Positions 51,926 through 64,000 of a stretch of DNA of 64,000 nt are shown one piece after another. Source of the DNA: Vicugna vicugna. Its lineage: Eukaryota. The stretch is taken from assembly GCA_013265495.1 (NCBI GenBank), contig MU061579.1:1269159-1333158 (forward strand), read 5' to 3'. A model generated the notes under the pieces. It was not told the DNA's origin, did not search any database, and saw nothing but the letters and a program-made list of their open reading frames with translations. The stretch's first letter is position 1, and every line of letters starts with the position of its first letter. The translations under genes were made by a program, and so were the position numbers.

Positions 51926-54732
51926 CTTAGTACCAACATGGTAAAGATGAGGAGGTGGTTGCTATTTCAAACAATTATTACAATCTTCTTGTCTCTTTTT
52001 TCAAGATTATGATTTGTTCCCTTTGTTTATTTTATTTTTGTTTAGGTATATCCATACTTTACTTTCTGATTCCATAATCTATATTTGTTTCCTCTTTTAT
52101 TCTCTGGAATACCACAAAACCATCTATAATAAAAATTTTAAATATGTTGCCAATTTATGGGCAATAATTGTGTATTCTTATTACCATGAGATAGTCCATG
52201 CATATATGTGGTGTTGATTGTATAAAAAATATTTTAGGTGCCAGACTAAATCCAAGGTATTTTTAAATACTTCCCGGACTAGGTTTAATTTTGGTTTGTA
52301 TAAAGTGGTCAGTGAGACCGGGTGTTTGGACAGAAACTTACAGATTATTCAGTAAAGATGCTCGCCCAGTCTCTTATTCCTTATTCATATAGCACTACAT
52401 TGGCTTCAGCCCTCCTTCCCCTTTCATATCTGAGCATCTCTGGGTCTCCTGCTTGACAGTGCAATGTCTATTGGCCCACAATTTAACATCGGGGTTGGGA
52501 GTGGCTGTGGTGTTTTAGTCCTTTTACATGGATGTTACCCAGTTACCACTCTGATTTTACATATGTGTGTTTAGTCCTCTTTCTTCTTATAAAGCACCAA
52601 TACCAACTGGTAACAGTTTAAAAAGACATTCTACAGAAGTAAATACTGCATCTATTTATTTTAAGTGTATCTTTGAGGAAAATAATATATATGTATTTTA
52701 TAGGTTTGAGAATAATGGTTAAATCATAATTTATTAATTTAATCTTTTAAAAAATTCTCTCATAAAAGAGTAGGAAAAATCAATAAGTATGTGGCAGGTT
52801 TTCCAGGGGCTTCAAGAAAGGAAATTGGATCAAAGAACCCTGTATCCATTAATAATGATATTACCTCTTACTTGCCTACATTAATTTTTTTTAAATTCCT
52901 ATCTATATGTCCTGGCTGTACTTTGATATTTATTTGGTTATGTTTGCTTATTCCATATCTACATATATATATCTTCTTTTAGTTTGTTTGAAATAAATGT
53001 TCTATGTTAACTAAAGATCTTACTTAGTTTGAATCCCAATTCACACAGACACAGGCATTTGAAGAAATGGTCTATGTTTAAAGACTTGTGTAGAAGAGTC
53101 TTCAGGGTAAACATTGTTAGGTCCTTGGTAAGTGAAGACTACTAAGGTTGCCACTATTAATTTTGCTTAGGACAAAGTTTAATGTCTCCAGAGACATGAA
53201 TGGATCTAGGTCTTTACAAAAGAGAAAAACAAGAGTCACGCATCTCACCAAAAGGAAAAAAGAAAAAGAAAAAAAAGTTTGGTTGGATGAAAACATACGT
53301 ACCTTGAAATATATTTTCTCAATATTTATCTGTTTGTGAACAAATACTAATTTGATCATACTATGTTAAAAGCATAATGTAGGCTATTAAGGAATAAAAG
53401 ATATAACTGGCCTCGAACACTTTACAATGTATTGGTGAAGACAGGGAACATTCATGTTAAAGTAAATATCTAAGCATAGTCAATACATATATTCAGGACC
53501 AAATGAATGGCATAATAAAATATAGCTCCCTATCTCCTACCAACATTCTAATAATCATCTTTTTAGTAGCTACTGTATATCATTACCTGGAAAGCTTTCC
53601 TAATACCTAATAGTAGAGAGCAAGTCATTTATTCTTGTTCTATCTCAGCACACAAGGTGAACAGCCATCACTCAAAGATGTTCATTTCATTTTACTTGAC
53701 TTTTAGCCCTTTTGGAAAATGAATCCTTAAATAGGCATTAATGAATAACCTTTTAAGTCACTGTCAAAGTTTAATTTACAAGTAACTTTAAATTTTCTGT
53801 TAACCCATGGCATCACACCAGTATTATAGCTATGTATGGTTTTGTTTAGATTAAGAACAGGGGACTGATTTTTACAGATCGAGCTAGACGCCCATGAATG
53901 TAAAGAATCCTTTCAGAATTATATAAAATAACTGAAAATTCTCTTTTACTAATAGTGTTTTTTGACTTATCAGAAAAGCACAGTAAAAAGTCAAAGCAAA
54001 TTCTATTGCTAATGTTTTAAAGAGAAAATGATATTGTGGTGAATAATTTTGCTAAGTCTAAAACAAGGATAACAGTACAGAGAATATAATGAACTTCTAA
54101 CCTTAGCTTTCTCTACTAGAAATCCTCAGAGCTCAGACTACACATGTGACAGCTTAACCAAGAGGCAAACTAACTTTTTTCTCCTTGAAAATATTTGTTT
54201 AGATTATGATTCAGAAATTGGACAAACTCAAGTAACTAATCAGACAATAGTCCCCAATATATTCCATTCTTTTTAAATTACGTATTTAATTACCTTGAAT
54301 CAACTGGATTTTGAGAGTTGGGAAAGGGGCAGAGAAGTAAACAGCATAGCTAGCATTTCTAGACATACCCAATCAATAAAAAGCACTGTGTTGGAGTACT
54401 GCTGTATTTATTTTTCCATCTGATTTTAGACAAACATTGCCAAATTTCTAAAAAGTACTATTTTTAACCCTAAAACTAGAAATAAAGTTCAAAGATGCTG
54501 ATGACCTTGTTAAAGGTACACTTGTTTAAGATGTTTGTAAGTACTTTGGAAAGACCAAACTTGTCTCAGCCATTTTATACATATCCTTAGATGAAAAGTC
54601 TAGCTTGTATTTCAGAGTCCTCTCACAATGATAGAAAACGTGTCATTTCTTCTGTTCGGGCTGCTCTTCCACAAGTGTTTGGGTGGTGGCATCACCTGCA
54701 GTTTCTTTGGAGGCTCCTCTGTGAGCTCTTCT

Positions 54733-54873
54733 TTTTTTTTTAACATTTTTTATTGATTTATAATCATTTTACAATGTTGTGTCAAATTCTAGTGTTCAGC
54801 ACAATTTTTCAGTCATACATGGACATATACACACTCATTATCACATTTTTTCCTCTGTGATTCCCTGTGCTAT
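54733..54873 (-). mobile_element. Young LINE-1 3' tail, same subfamily as 2353 and 46586
   Basis: Near-identical to 46587-46714, followed by ttccctgtgctat. No clear TSD. Confidence 0.9.
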
Positions 54874-55099
54874 CCACTCTTAACTATAATCACATCTTCT
54901 CATTCCACAGGCTTATCTTCAGCATTTAAACATTTTTTTTCATGCAAAACTTAACAAAACAAGTAAAGGCATCAGTATCCACATACACACAAAGAATTCT
55001 CCTCCCATGCTATTATTTTCCTCAATTTGCAGCCAAGCTTCTAATATTCTTTCTATGCATTTTCCAGTTTGTGAGCTCACATTATGTTCTCCACCTGCA

Positions 55100-55540
55100 A
55101 CAAAGCAACTTCCACTCCATACCAGTGAAACTGCTCTGAACATGTGTAACCACCTCTTCTTTGTATAATAAATTTTTATTTTCCCTTGAACTGTCTGTTT
55201 TACTTAGCAGTATTGACTGCCGAGTTTGAATCGTACCATTTCTTCAGTTTTCATGATACCATGATATCCTTCCTACTCACCCAGCTCTTTCTCCAGTTGA
55301 GTTTCTTTTTCTCTGTCCATCCTTTAATTTGTGATTCTTCTTGAAGATTTTTCTTTGATTTCATTCTATTGTCTTCCTTGTATGGTCTGTCTACAACTAT
55401 GGATTCAATATTGGCTATACATTGGTGATGCCCAAATCTAGATCTACACGCTGTATTGCACTAATAATCATAGCATTAATGTATTTGCATTTTTACTAAA
55501 AAGTGGCATTTAAATCTGCAGAAAACTCAGAATGATGATT
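55100..55540 (+). mobile_element. Degenerate L2 fragment
   Basis: accagtgaaactgctctgaacatg...cagttttcatgatacc...ggtgatgcccaaatctagatct resembles the L2 ORF 3' region. Confidence 0.55.
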
Positions 55541-56556
55541 TTCACTTTCTCTTATAAAACAGTAAAATGTAATCCCAGCCAATTTTATCTGGGGCAACAA
55601 TGATCTTGAGCTAATTAATTTCTGTTCCTTTAAAATTGAACCTTGTAGTCACTTGAGTTTTAGAACCACAATAAAGAATAAAGATACAGACTTGGAGCCT
55701 AATAGACCAATGTCTTTGGGCTAAATGGCATTAGACATGCTTATTTCATGTCTCTCCATCAATATGTTCTGTAAAGTAAAAAATAAAATATACATTGACT
55801 AGGCTTTTGATACAATTAGAAAATATTTCTTCTTTATCAATTTATTTATTTGTTACATTTATGTAGTTATATATCAAGTACTGAGGTGGATGCTGAAGGA
55901 TGCACATGGCTTCTGTCCTTCTGGAACTTAAATCCCATGTAGTGTATGAAATAATTCTGTAATGATGAGTGTCATTTAAAAAAATCATGAATTGTGCCTG
56001 GCATATATGAAACACTTAATAAAAACTAGCTATTGTAATTGCATATAAATTAACTTGGGGCAAAAGATTCCTAGAAATTAGAAATTAAATGCATTTGCTT
56101 TAGAGTAGGAAAATCAGAAAATGTAGCCACAGTAAAGATTTTATTGTGAAGTTCATGCTGTAGCTGTTAATCTTTTTTTTTTTAATTATCTGTTCCAAGG
56201 GCTGGGATGAACACTATTCATAATTTCAATTTTTAACAACAGACACATAAAATAAGTCAACTGTGTATGGGTGTGTAACTTTATAAAAATTATTGTATGT
56301 TAATTACCAATCTTACCCCTCAAAGAAGCAAACTACAATCTTGCTTCTTAGAGGAATAGCAAATATAAGTGGGCTACCAATAAAGATAACAGGAAATTAC
56401 TTTTGCTGAGAAAAGGTAACTTGTGCAAATCTTTGAAAAATATTAGTTTTATTTCTTTAGTTTAAATGTTTTATCAATATAAGTAGAGGCTTTAAATGCC
56501 CAGTGGAATGAGATTTACTTCTACTTCTTCAGTATTATTAAACTGTACATTTTTAC

Positions 56557-59500
56557 CTCCATGAAGAAGACAGAAAGGAGAGGACAGAGGACAAACCACT
56601 GCCCCCAAGATTGGAGAGACTGACAGGTGAACACAGAGAATAACAATTTACCAGAGCAGAGACTCACAAATGGAAATCTCCAGAGGAATCAGTGCTGGAA
56701 TTGGAAAGCCTAAATGTAGGTGGTGAGTAGCTGGAGGCTCAATGTGTACAAATCTGAGAGTTAAAAACTCCAGGGAGACCCAGTCATAGTGGGGTCCCCA
56801 CAGTTTTGTAAGATTTACCTCCAGAAACTCCATTAGACTTCCACAACAAACATCAGAGAAGGCTCTCCTCAGGCTTTCAGCAGGCAGAGGGGAAAAAGGA
56901 GTCATTTTGAAATACTACAGATTACTCCGTTCTACTTAACAAGGTATGCCCTGAGGAGGAACTAGTTAACCAGAGACCAACCTGCTGGGATACTATCAGA
57001 TCCTAACTGATTGAGGAGAAACAAAATACCCAACTCCAGTCAACTCTAGCTTTTCATGTGGGAAAAGGAAAATACCCTATTTCAGCCCTCTTTAGCTGTC
57101 CTGTCCCAACTAACAGGGGAGAAATAAACTGGGAAACACTCATCAAATTCACAGTCCAGATGTGTAGACTCACTGAAAGATCAAGGCTAATCATAAGATT
57201 CAAGAATGCTTTGCCTTTCCCACATCTTACTACCACATTACTAAAGGCTTATTTATAGCAGTTTCTTTTACCTGGTACAGCATGTGCAGATATAAAGAAA
57301 AAAATTACATACCAAAAGAAAAAAAATAAAAAGACTGAGCAACACCGAAGTCACACATGGCAGAGACGTTGGAAATAACAGGCTGGACTTTTTCTTAAAA
57401 AACTAAGATTAATATGCTAAGGACTTTAATAGATAAGGTAGATAGCGTGCAATTACTGATGGGCAATGTAAGCAGGGGGATGGATTCTGAAGATAAAACC
57501 AAGAAGAAATGCTAGAGATTAATATCACTGTCACAGAAATGAAAAATATCTTTAATGGGCTTACTAGTTGACTGGACATCATTGATGAAAAAAAATCTCC
57601 TAGCCAGAGGGTATATCAAAAAAAAAAAAAAAGACAAGTAGGAAAAAAAAGGGAATATCCAAAAACTATGGGACAACTACAAAGCTTATAATATACATGG
57701 GAATACCAGAAAGGGAAGAAAGAAATAAAGGAACAAACCAAGATCCAGGAAACTAAAATATATATACATATATAAAGTGGAAAAAATGCCCCCCCCAAAA
57801 AAACCTATGTCTAGGCATATCATTTTCCAACTACAGAAAATAAAGGATAAAAAAATTCTGAAAGAAATCATAAGGAAAATAAAACAAAACAAAACGTCTT
57901 CTATACAGAGAAACAAAAATAAGAATTATCCATTTGACATCTCCTCAGAAGCCACATAAACTAAAGAGAGTGGAATGAAATATTTAAAGTGCTGAGAGAA
58001 AATAAACACCAACCTAGAATTCTGAACCTTGTGAAATTATTCTTCAAAAATCAAGGAGAAATAAAGACTTTTTCAAAATGATGTAAATTGAGGGAGTGGT
58101 TGTCAGAAGACATGCCTTGCAAGAAATGTTAAAGGTTGTTTAGAGAGAAGGAAAATGTCTGAGGTCAGAAACTCAGATTAACATAAAGAAAAAAAAGAAC
58201 ATTTAAGGAGAAATAAGTAAAAGTAAAATTTTGTATTTCTTATTCTTAATTGATCTAACATACAACAAGTTGTTCAAAATAATAAGAGTAACAATGTATT
58301 TGCTTATGTATATATAATATGCTTGTGTATGACTTCGGGTATGAGGATGCGTTTTTGGATACAATACCAATGACCCAATAAATTAACGAAATAATTGATA
58401 AGCTGGACTTAAAAAAGGTATATATCTGCTTTGTGAAAGGCAATGTCAAGAAAATGAGAAGACAAGTCACAGACTGGGAGAAAATATTTGCAAAAGACTC
58501 ACTCAATAAAAGCTTACTTTCCAAAATATACAAAGAACCCTTGGAACTCAATAACAATAAAACCAATAAACTGATTAAAAAATGGGACAAACATCTTAGC
58601 AGATACCTTACCAGAGAAGATATACAAAAGAAAAATAAGCATGTAAAATATGCTTCATATAATATGTAAATGCAAATTAAAACAACAATGTGATACCACT
58701 ACATACCTATTATAGTGGCCAAAATCTGGGCATTGACAACACCAAATTGTGATCAGGATGTGGAGCAACAGGGAGTCTCTCATATTGCTGGTGGAGATAT
58801 AAGATGGTAGAGCCACTTTAGAAGACACTTGGCAGTTTCTTATAAAACTAAACATACTCTTACTGTATGATCCAGCAATTATGCTCCTCGGTATTAACAC
58901 AAAGGAATGGAAATCATGCAAAAACCTGCATATATATGTTTATAGCAACTTTATTCTGAATGGTCAAAATTTGGCAGCAACTGAACTTCATTCAGGAAGT
59001 GAATGAATAGTGAGAGGTACATCCAGAAAATGGAATATTATACAATGTTAAAATTAAATGATCAAAGCAAAAAAAGACTAACTACTATATGTAAAATAGA
59101 TAAGCAATAAGTTTCGACTGTATAGCACAGGGAACTATATTCAATACCTTGTAGTAACCTATAATGAAAAAGAATATGTAAACGAATATATGTATGTATA
59201 TATGTGAGTGAACTTTTATGTTGTACACCAGAAATTGACACAACATTGTAAACTGACTATACTTCAATTTAAAAACGACATGTTTGAATCTTAAATGTAT
59301 ATTATTATGTAAGACAGATCAATCTGAAAAGTCTATGTACTGTATTATTCTCACTATATGACATCCTGGTGAAGGCAAAATTGCAGAGATAATACAAAGC
59401 TCAGTGGTTGTGAGTGTCGGGGGGAAGGGACAAATAAGCAGAACACGGGAATTTTCAGGGAAGTGAAAATGCTCTGTATGATACTATAATGATGAATGTG

Positions 59501-59761
59501 ACGTCTATCATTGAATAGTTTTCCAAATGCATAATATATGTAACACCAAGAGTAAACCCTAAGTTAAACTATGATTGTTGGGTGAGTATGATGTGTCAAT
59601 GTAGGTTTACACTTGGGGAAAAAAACATTCTGGGTAGAAATACAGATAAAGGGGGTGCCTGTGCCTGTGGATGGGTGTGGTATATGGAAATTTTCTGTAC
59701 CTCCTTTTCAATTTTATTCTAAATATAAACTGTACTGAAAAAAAGTTTTGAAAAAATTTCC
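56557..59761 (+). mobile_element. L1MC-like LINE-1: 5' UTR region, decayed ORF1, large internal ORF2 deletion, ORF2 C-terminus and 3' UTR
   Basis: ORF1 remnant (SRHIIFQLQKIKDKKILKE, 57777-57959), then ORF2 C-terminal remnant (RRQVTDWEKIFAK...LLSKIYKE, 58433-58669) only about 0.3 kb after the end of ORF1-like DNA. L1MC1-like 3' UTR (aacaccaagagtaaaccctaa...tgatgtgtcaatgtaggtt). Confidence 0.88.
59079..59271 (+). mobile_element. Younger L1 3' terminus nested in the L1MC-like element
   Basis: Homologous to 48815-49000. Short flanking repeats aaaaagac (59071-59078) / aaaacgac (59272-59279). Confidence 0.9.
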
Positions 59762-60379
59762 AAACTTTAAATTTTAACAATTACCTTTTTGCAAAAATGG
59801 ATAGACTGCTCCCGTTAAGCCCCCATTATTCTTCTTTACCATAAGAAAATGATTAAAATTTCTTGATGCTGTACTTTAAAATAAGAGTGCATAATTCTTT
59901 AAGTTAAATCTGTTTTAACCTGATTCACATTTTAACTGAATGGAAGCTAGCAAGTCTGATGAAAATAAAATTATCTGACTATATGATATTGTTATAATGG
60001 GTTACCTTATGACAATATATTTTAAAAATTCTCATTAATAATTCATAAGCTTTTTACACAGTAGAAAATTAGGATCTATGAATGCCTCCCTACAAATGAC
60101 CTGGTTGTATGTATATAAACTGAGACTTCTATTTTAAAACTTGAGAGTATTTTCTTTATGTTTCTTTCCTAAGTCACTATTAGCCATTGCCTATGGTGGC
60201 CCTGGAAGTTAAAACATCTCATATAATAAAGGTTTTTTCATTTGTTTCTTTAATACAGGTATAATTGAGTTCTAAACTAGAATTTGAAGATTGTGGTTAG
60301 TGGAAAAAGTAAGTCATCAATAATAACAAACTATCAAATCTTTGCTGATGTGCAAACACAGAAATATCATATTGTGGGA

Positions 60380-61060
60380 ACATTAAGTGTAGGCGGCCAA
60401 GATGGCAAAGGCCCACATAGCATTTTTTGGAAAAAGTGATCTATTGTATGACTCCTGGGCATAAACTAAATGTAACCTATAGCTGCTGCAAGCATTTCAG
60501 TGCCCTAAAAATGGTAATGTCCATGGTTAACTCGTAGAAGAAGTTGTGATGGTAAATAAAGGGAGAAAACCTGGTTTGGACATCTGTGTTTGAATGAACA
60601 ACGTGATTTACAAAACCCTTCTTCACATGTTGCTCTGGAGAGATGTAAAACAACTCTGTTTTTATGCCATGATGAGAGCTGCTATGGAAAAGCAACTTTG
60701 ATTTGTGTTGGCCAACTTTTATGTAATCAATCAGATTGACTGTGTGACAGTCCAAATCAGTCATTGCGATGGGTGAAAACAGAGAATCGACCTTGCTGCA
60801 ATCCAGTGTTTGGGTCATACAGGCATGAACTATGTCTATATGCCTGAGGCAAATGGATGAAGGAACAGCAGTGAGGTCAATTTGTTTCACTGGCCGTCAG
60901 CTTGATCTATTTAGAATCCCTAGGGCACCCTAACCGAGGCCCGTGGATCAGTCATTGAGACAGCCAATCACAAATTGCTTCAGTAATTAAGCCATAGTGC
61001 TGTGGCATTTATGAGGGCATAAAAAGTAGATCTCGAAAGAGCTTTTTTTCCTTCCCATCT
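60380..61060. promoter_or_regulatory. Candidate conserved non-coding element or enhancer
   Basis: No recognisable repeat; raised GC and about 9 CpGs. YY1 core (60399), PBX (60726), MEIS (60745), CCAAT (60962), TAATTA (60984) and HOX-type tttatga/cataaaa (about 61007-61024). Confidence 0.45.
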
Positions 61061-61989
61061 TAATTAATTATTAACCATCACTTTCTATTGTCAATACCAT
61101 TCCTTCCAAAACTTGTAAATATTTATCTTGACATCTAATACATATTAAAATCTAATAATCTATAAGTAAAACACCAAACTACCTAAAAATAGAAGACAGG
61201 TCCAATATTGGAAAAGATGATGCATCTAATTCTAGTTTCCTAAAATGCTGTGATATTGACTCCATTGCTAAACAAAGAATATTGGAGATCTGTTTAAAAA
61301 ACCATACATTTAGGTCTTCTATTTATTAAAAAAGTTCCCCTGAAGCACTTAGGATTTTTAAAAATTGTAATTTCTATTCACTTCTGAGCCCAAGGTTTCT
61401 GTATTATTTTTAATATCATTTTTTGTTGCTGCTTCCATAGGTGTTCTATTATATGTCCCTTCTTAAAACATCTATCAAGTTCACAAATGTGTTATATCTT
61501 TATGCTATATTTTAATAAAAATTAAATGGCTTCAAGAAAACCATCATCTTTTAGACCATATGCCATTATTGCCTAATAAAGTTATTTCTTACATTTTTCA
61601 TAGCAGGTGCTTTTTATGTGTACATGTATATTTGTGCTAACTAGTTTTTCAAAGTTAGTTTTTAATAACAAATAAGTTCTTTTCTTGTATGATTACAGAG
61701 ATTCCAGCATGAACCTCCTCCAGACATTTCTGGGTATAATCTACTTGGACTTTTTTTTTTTTGCTTTTCTTCAATTTTAAGCATGACCATAAATTGTTGC
61801 CTTTAAATCTAAGACAAGCAAGTGAAGTGAAAGCAAGCTCACTATGCATCAAATTTTACAAGTTTTGTAGAAAATGAATGAAAATTATGTAGATACAGAC
61901 TATGCACATATATGAATATAGACATGCATATATATTCTTTGTGACAGAATAACAATACCATATATAGAGTCTACCAGTGATCTTACTGA

Positions 61990-62540
61990 ATTTATTTACT
62001 TGTTCAATAAATATGATATTGAATAACCACTATATTTTTAAACACTTTTCTATGACCCTGAGGTAGAGAAGAAAATAAGACAAAAAAAAAGTTTTTGCCC
62101 TTTAGGTGTTAAAATTCTAGTGGAAGAGACAATAAATAAACAATTAAACAATACAATGTATAATAAAATATCAAATTGGTTAAAGAAGTAAGAAAGATTA
62201 ACATAATAAGAAGCTAGTGTATATATAGTATGTTTTTTTAGTGTGGTCTGGTGCCCTCCCTCTGAGGCAGTGAGATGTATTCTCATTTATGAATGTGGAG
62301 AGGAAGAGCCAGAAGGATACACAGGGAAAAAAGCATTGCACAGAGCATCTCACAGATTAGGGCTCTGAGTCAGAAAGGTGCTTGACGTATCTAGGGGGTA
62401 GGAAGTATACCAGTGTGACTGGAGTATAACAAACAAAATGTAGAGTCTACGTTATGTAAACGTAGATTACATAAGGCTTTGCAAGGATTTTACGGAAGGA
62501 TTTTATATGTCGTTCTAAGTGTGATGTGCATTGGTCAGGT
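61990..62540 (-). mobile_element. L2 3' region
   Basis: tttatttacttgttcaataaatatgatattga...aaaattctagtggaagagacaataaataaac...gattttatatgtcgttctaagtgtgatg. Confidence 0.75.
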
Positions 62541-63118
62541 ATCACCACAGTATCTGTGGGAAATAAAGCACCACACGATCTGTAGCATGCACAAATTAGC
62601 GTAGATGTTTCACTTCCACAGATGAAGGTCCACTGAGGTTCATTTGGGCTCAGTGGGCGTGGTCCCAAGTGGTGAGTTAGTTCAAGTAGACCCAATGTAT
62701 CCTCTTTTCTCAGATTATTACATTTTGTATTATTTACTCTGGACCAACTTCTATGTAAAAGTAAATTATTTATGTGCTTATTTTTTCTGTTTTCACTTGG
62801 ATGAAAGCTATATTGAAACATGAATAGTACTTGACTTTTTCAATTTTGTCACACTTGTGGCTAAGGCAGGGCATGGAGTTGAAGAGGCACTTAATACATA
62901 TTTGCAGACTGGCTTTCTTCTGGAGAGGTTTTTGAATAAAGCTGGTCTCAAGTGCATTTTGATATATTCCTCTGTAATTCTTCACTCTTCAAACATGCTT
63001 ATAAACTTTCTGAAAATAAAAACCATTCTTGTGCTTGTCTTTGTAAAAACCTATAGCATGCACAGAGTTAAGGCAATTCACGATGTTGCACAGCTCTTGC
63101 GGGGGTTATCCTCCAGAC

Positions 63119-63352
63119 CAGGGATTAGCAAGTGTTTGCCATAAAATGTCAGATAGTAAATATTTTATTCTTTGTTGTCACAGCTGAACAACTCTGCGGT
63201 TACAGCATGAAAACATCCACAGAAAATACATAAACAAATAGACATAGTTGTGTTCCAATGAACATTACACACAAAACAAACAGGCAAACAAACAAAGGAA
63301 AAACAGGTGGAAGACCCGATTTGGTCCACAGGTTATAGTTTGCTGACTTCTT
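63119..63352 (-). mobile_element. MER58A-like hAT-Charlie MITE
   Basis: Degenerate terminal inverted repeats cagggattagcaa...ttgctgacttctt. Internal cagatagtaaatatttta and tgtgttccaat. 8-bp flanks ctccagac/ttctaggg resemble the Charlie NTCTAGAN target. Confidence 0.85.
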
Positions 63353-64000
63353 TTCTAGGGGCACACGTTTCACTTGTTTCCGTATTACTCCTACCCATAC
63401 CTACGGTCAGCTTTCCATCTCAGAAAGGTATTGCATCCCATAGATACATTAAATAAGCTCACAGATTTCTGTATCCTAGGTCTCCTCACAGCCTCTCGTG
63501 TTGATACTTGTTTTCTGGTTTCTTTATATCTGCTGCCACACCACTTCCGCTGAGGCCAGATTCCATGTTGAGAGCATCAGTGTTTTGGCTGAGGGTGATA
63601 CAGCATGATCCTCATATTGCTTGAATCCTGTGTCAATAGACTACTGGTCTCAGAATCCTTAATGTACTAACCTGTCCTGTGATCTGGCCACAACAGGAGA
63701 AATCATCCCTCTCTGATTGCTTTAGTGACTTATACCTTCCTATTTTTCCTCTTCCAAGCCCATTGCACAGGAGATTAAAACTATCTGCCATCAACTTTTC
63801 CTGCTTTCCTTTCTGATAAACTTTAAGCTTAGCAAATACATCTCCTCTGGTTGCTTCTCTGGGCGTTGGACTGACCATTCCATGTTCTATCTCTCTAGAT
63901 TCTCCTTTGGATCAATTTCTCTACAGAGAATGCTCATGGAGATGGGTTATATTCCTCAAAACAGAAATACCCAGCTTTAGGAGGCAAGTTCAAATCAGGA

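Noticed and set aside
60259..60308. 50-nt + strand pseudo-exon (tacag|...|gtaagt); similar minus-strand 60-nt case at 5436-5495
   Set aside because: Stops in all three frames. Such splice-site pairs are frequent by chance, and a non-coding exon cannot be supported from sequence alone.
60734..60846. Small hairpins (gactgt...acagtc; caggcat...atgcctg) as a possible miRNA or ncRNA
   Set aside because: Stems are only 6-10 bp, too short for a pre-miRNA, and I recognise no known mature sequence.
60477..60890. 137-aa minus-strand ORF in unique sequence
   Set aside because: It starts at GTG, has no recognisable domain and no clear exon boundaries. It is better explained as a chance ORF in a higher-GC non-coding block; PhyloCSF or tBLASTn would settle it.

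Overview
This is AT-rich, CpG-poor eutherian genomic DNA, either intergenic or deep intronic. I can support no protein-coding exon, RNA gene or CRISPR array; the ORF track is explained by LINE-1 or LTR remnants, simple repeats or chance. A large share of the window is a layered record of transposable elements. Ancient layers are L2, MIR, L1M/HAL1-like, MLT1, MLT2, LTR40/41-like, MER5 and MER58. Intermediate layers are two ERV1 solo LTRs (MER41-like and MER34-like) and artiodactyl-type L1 3' ends. The youngest layer is three short L1 3' tails whose sequence, together with the absence of any young SINE, suggests a camelid genome (inference). Family names come from recalled consensus similarity, not a database search. 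Best observations: a MER41-like solo LTR that keeps an intact STAT1 GAS motif; two repeat-free blocks (about 45.4-46.4 kb and 60.4-61.05 kb) with clustered PBX-HOX/MEIS motifs that look like developmental enhancers; a template-switch micro-inversion inside an L1 tail; an ORF1-retaining L1 lacking most of ORF2; and several nested insertions with readable target-site duplications (TSDs). I found no convincing previously undescribed biological system.
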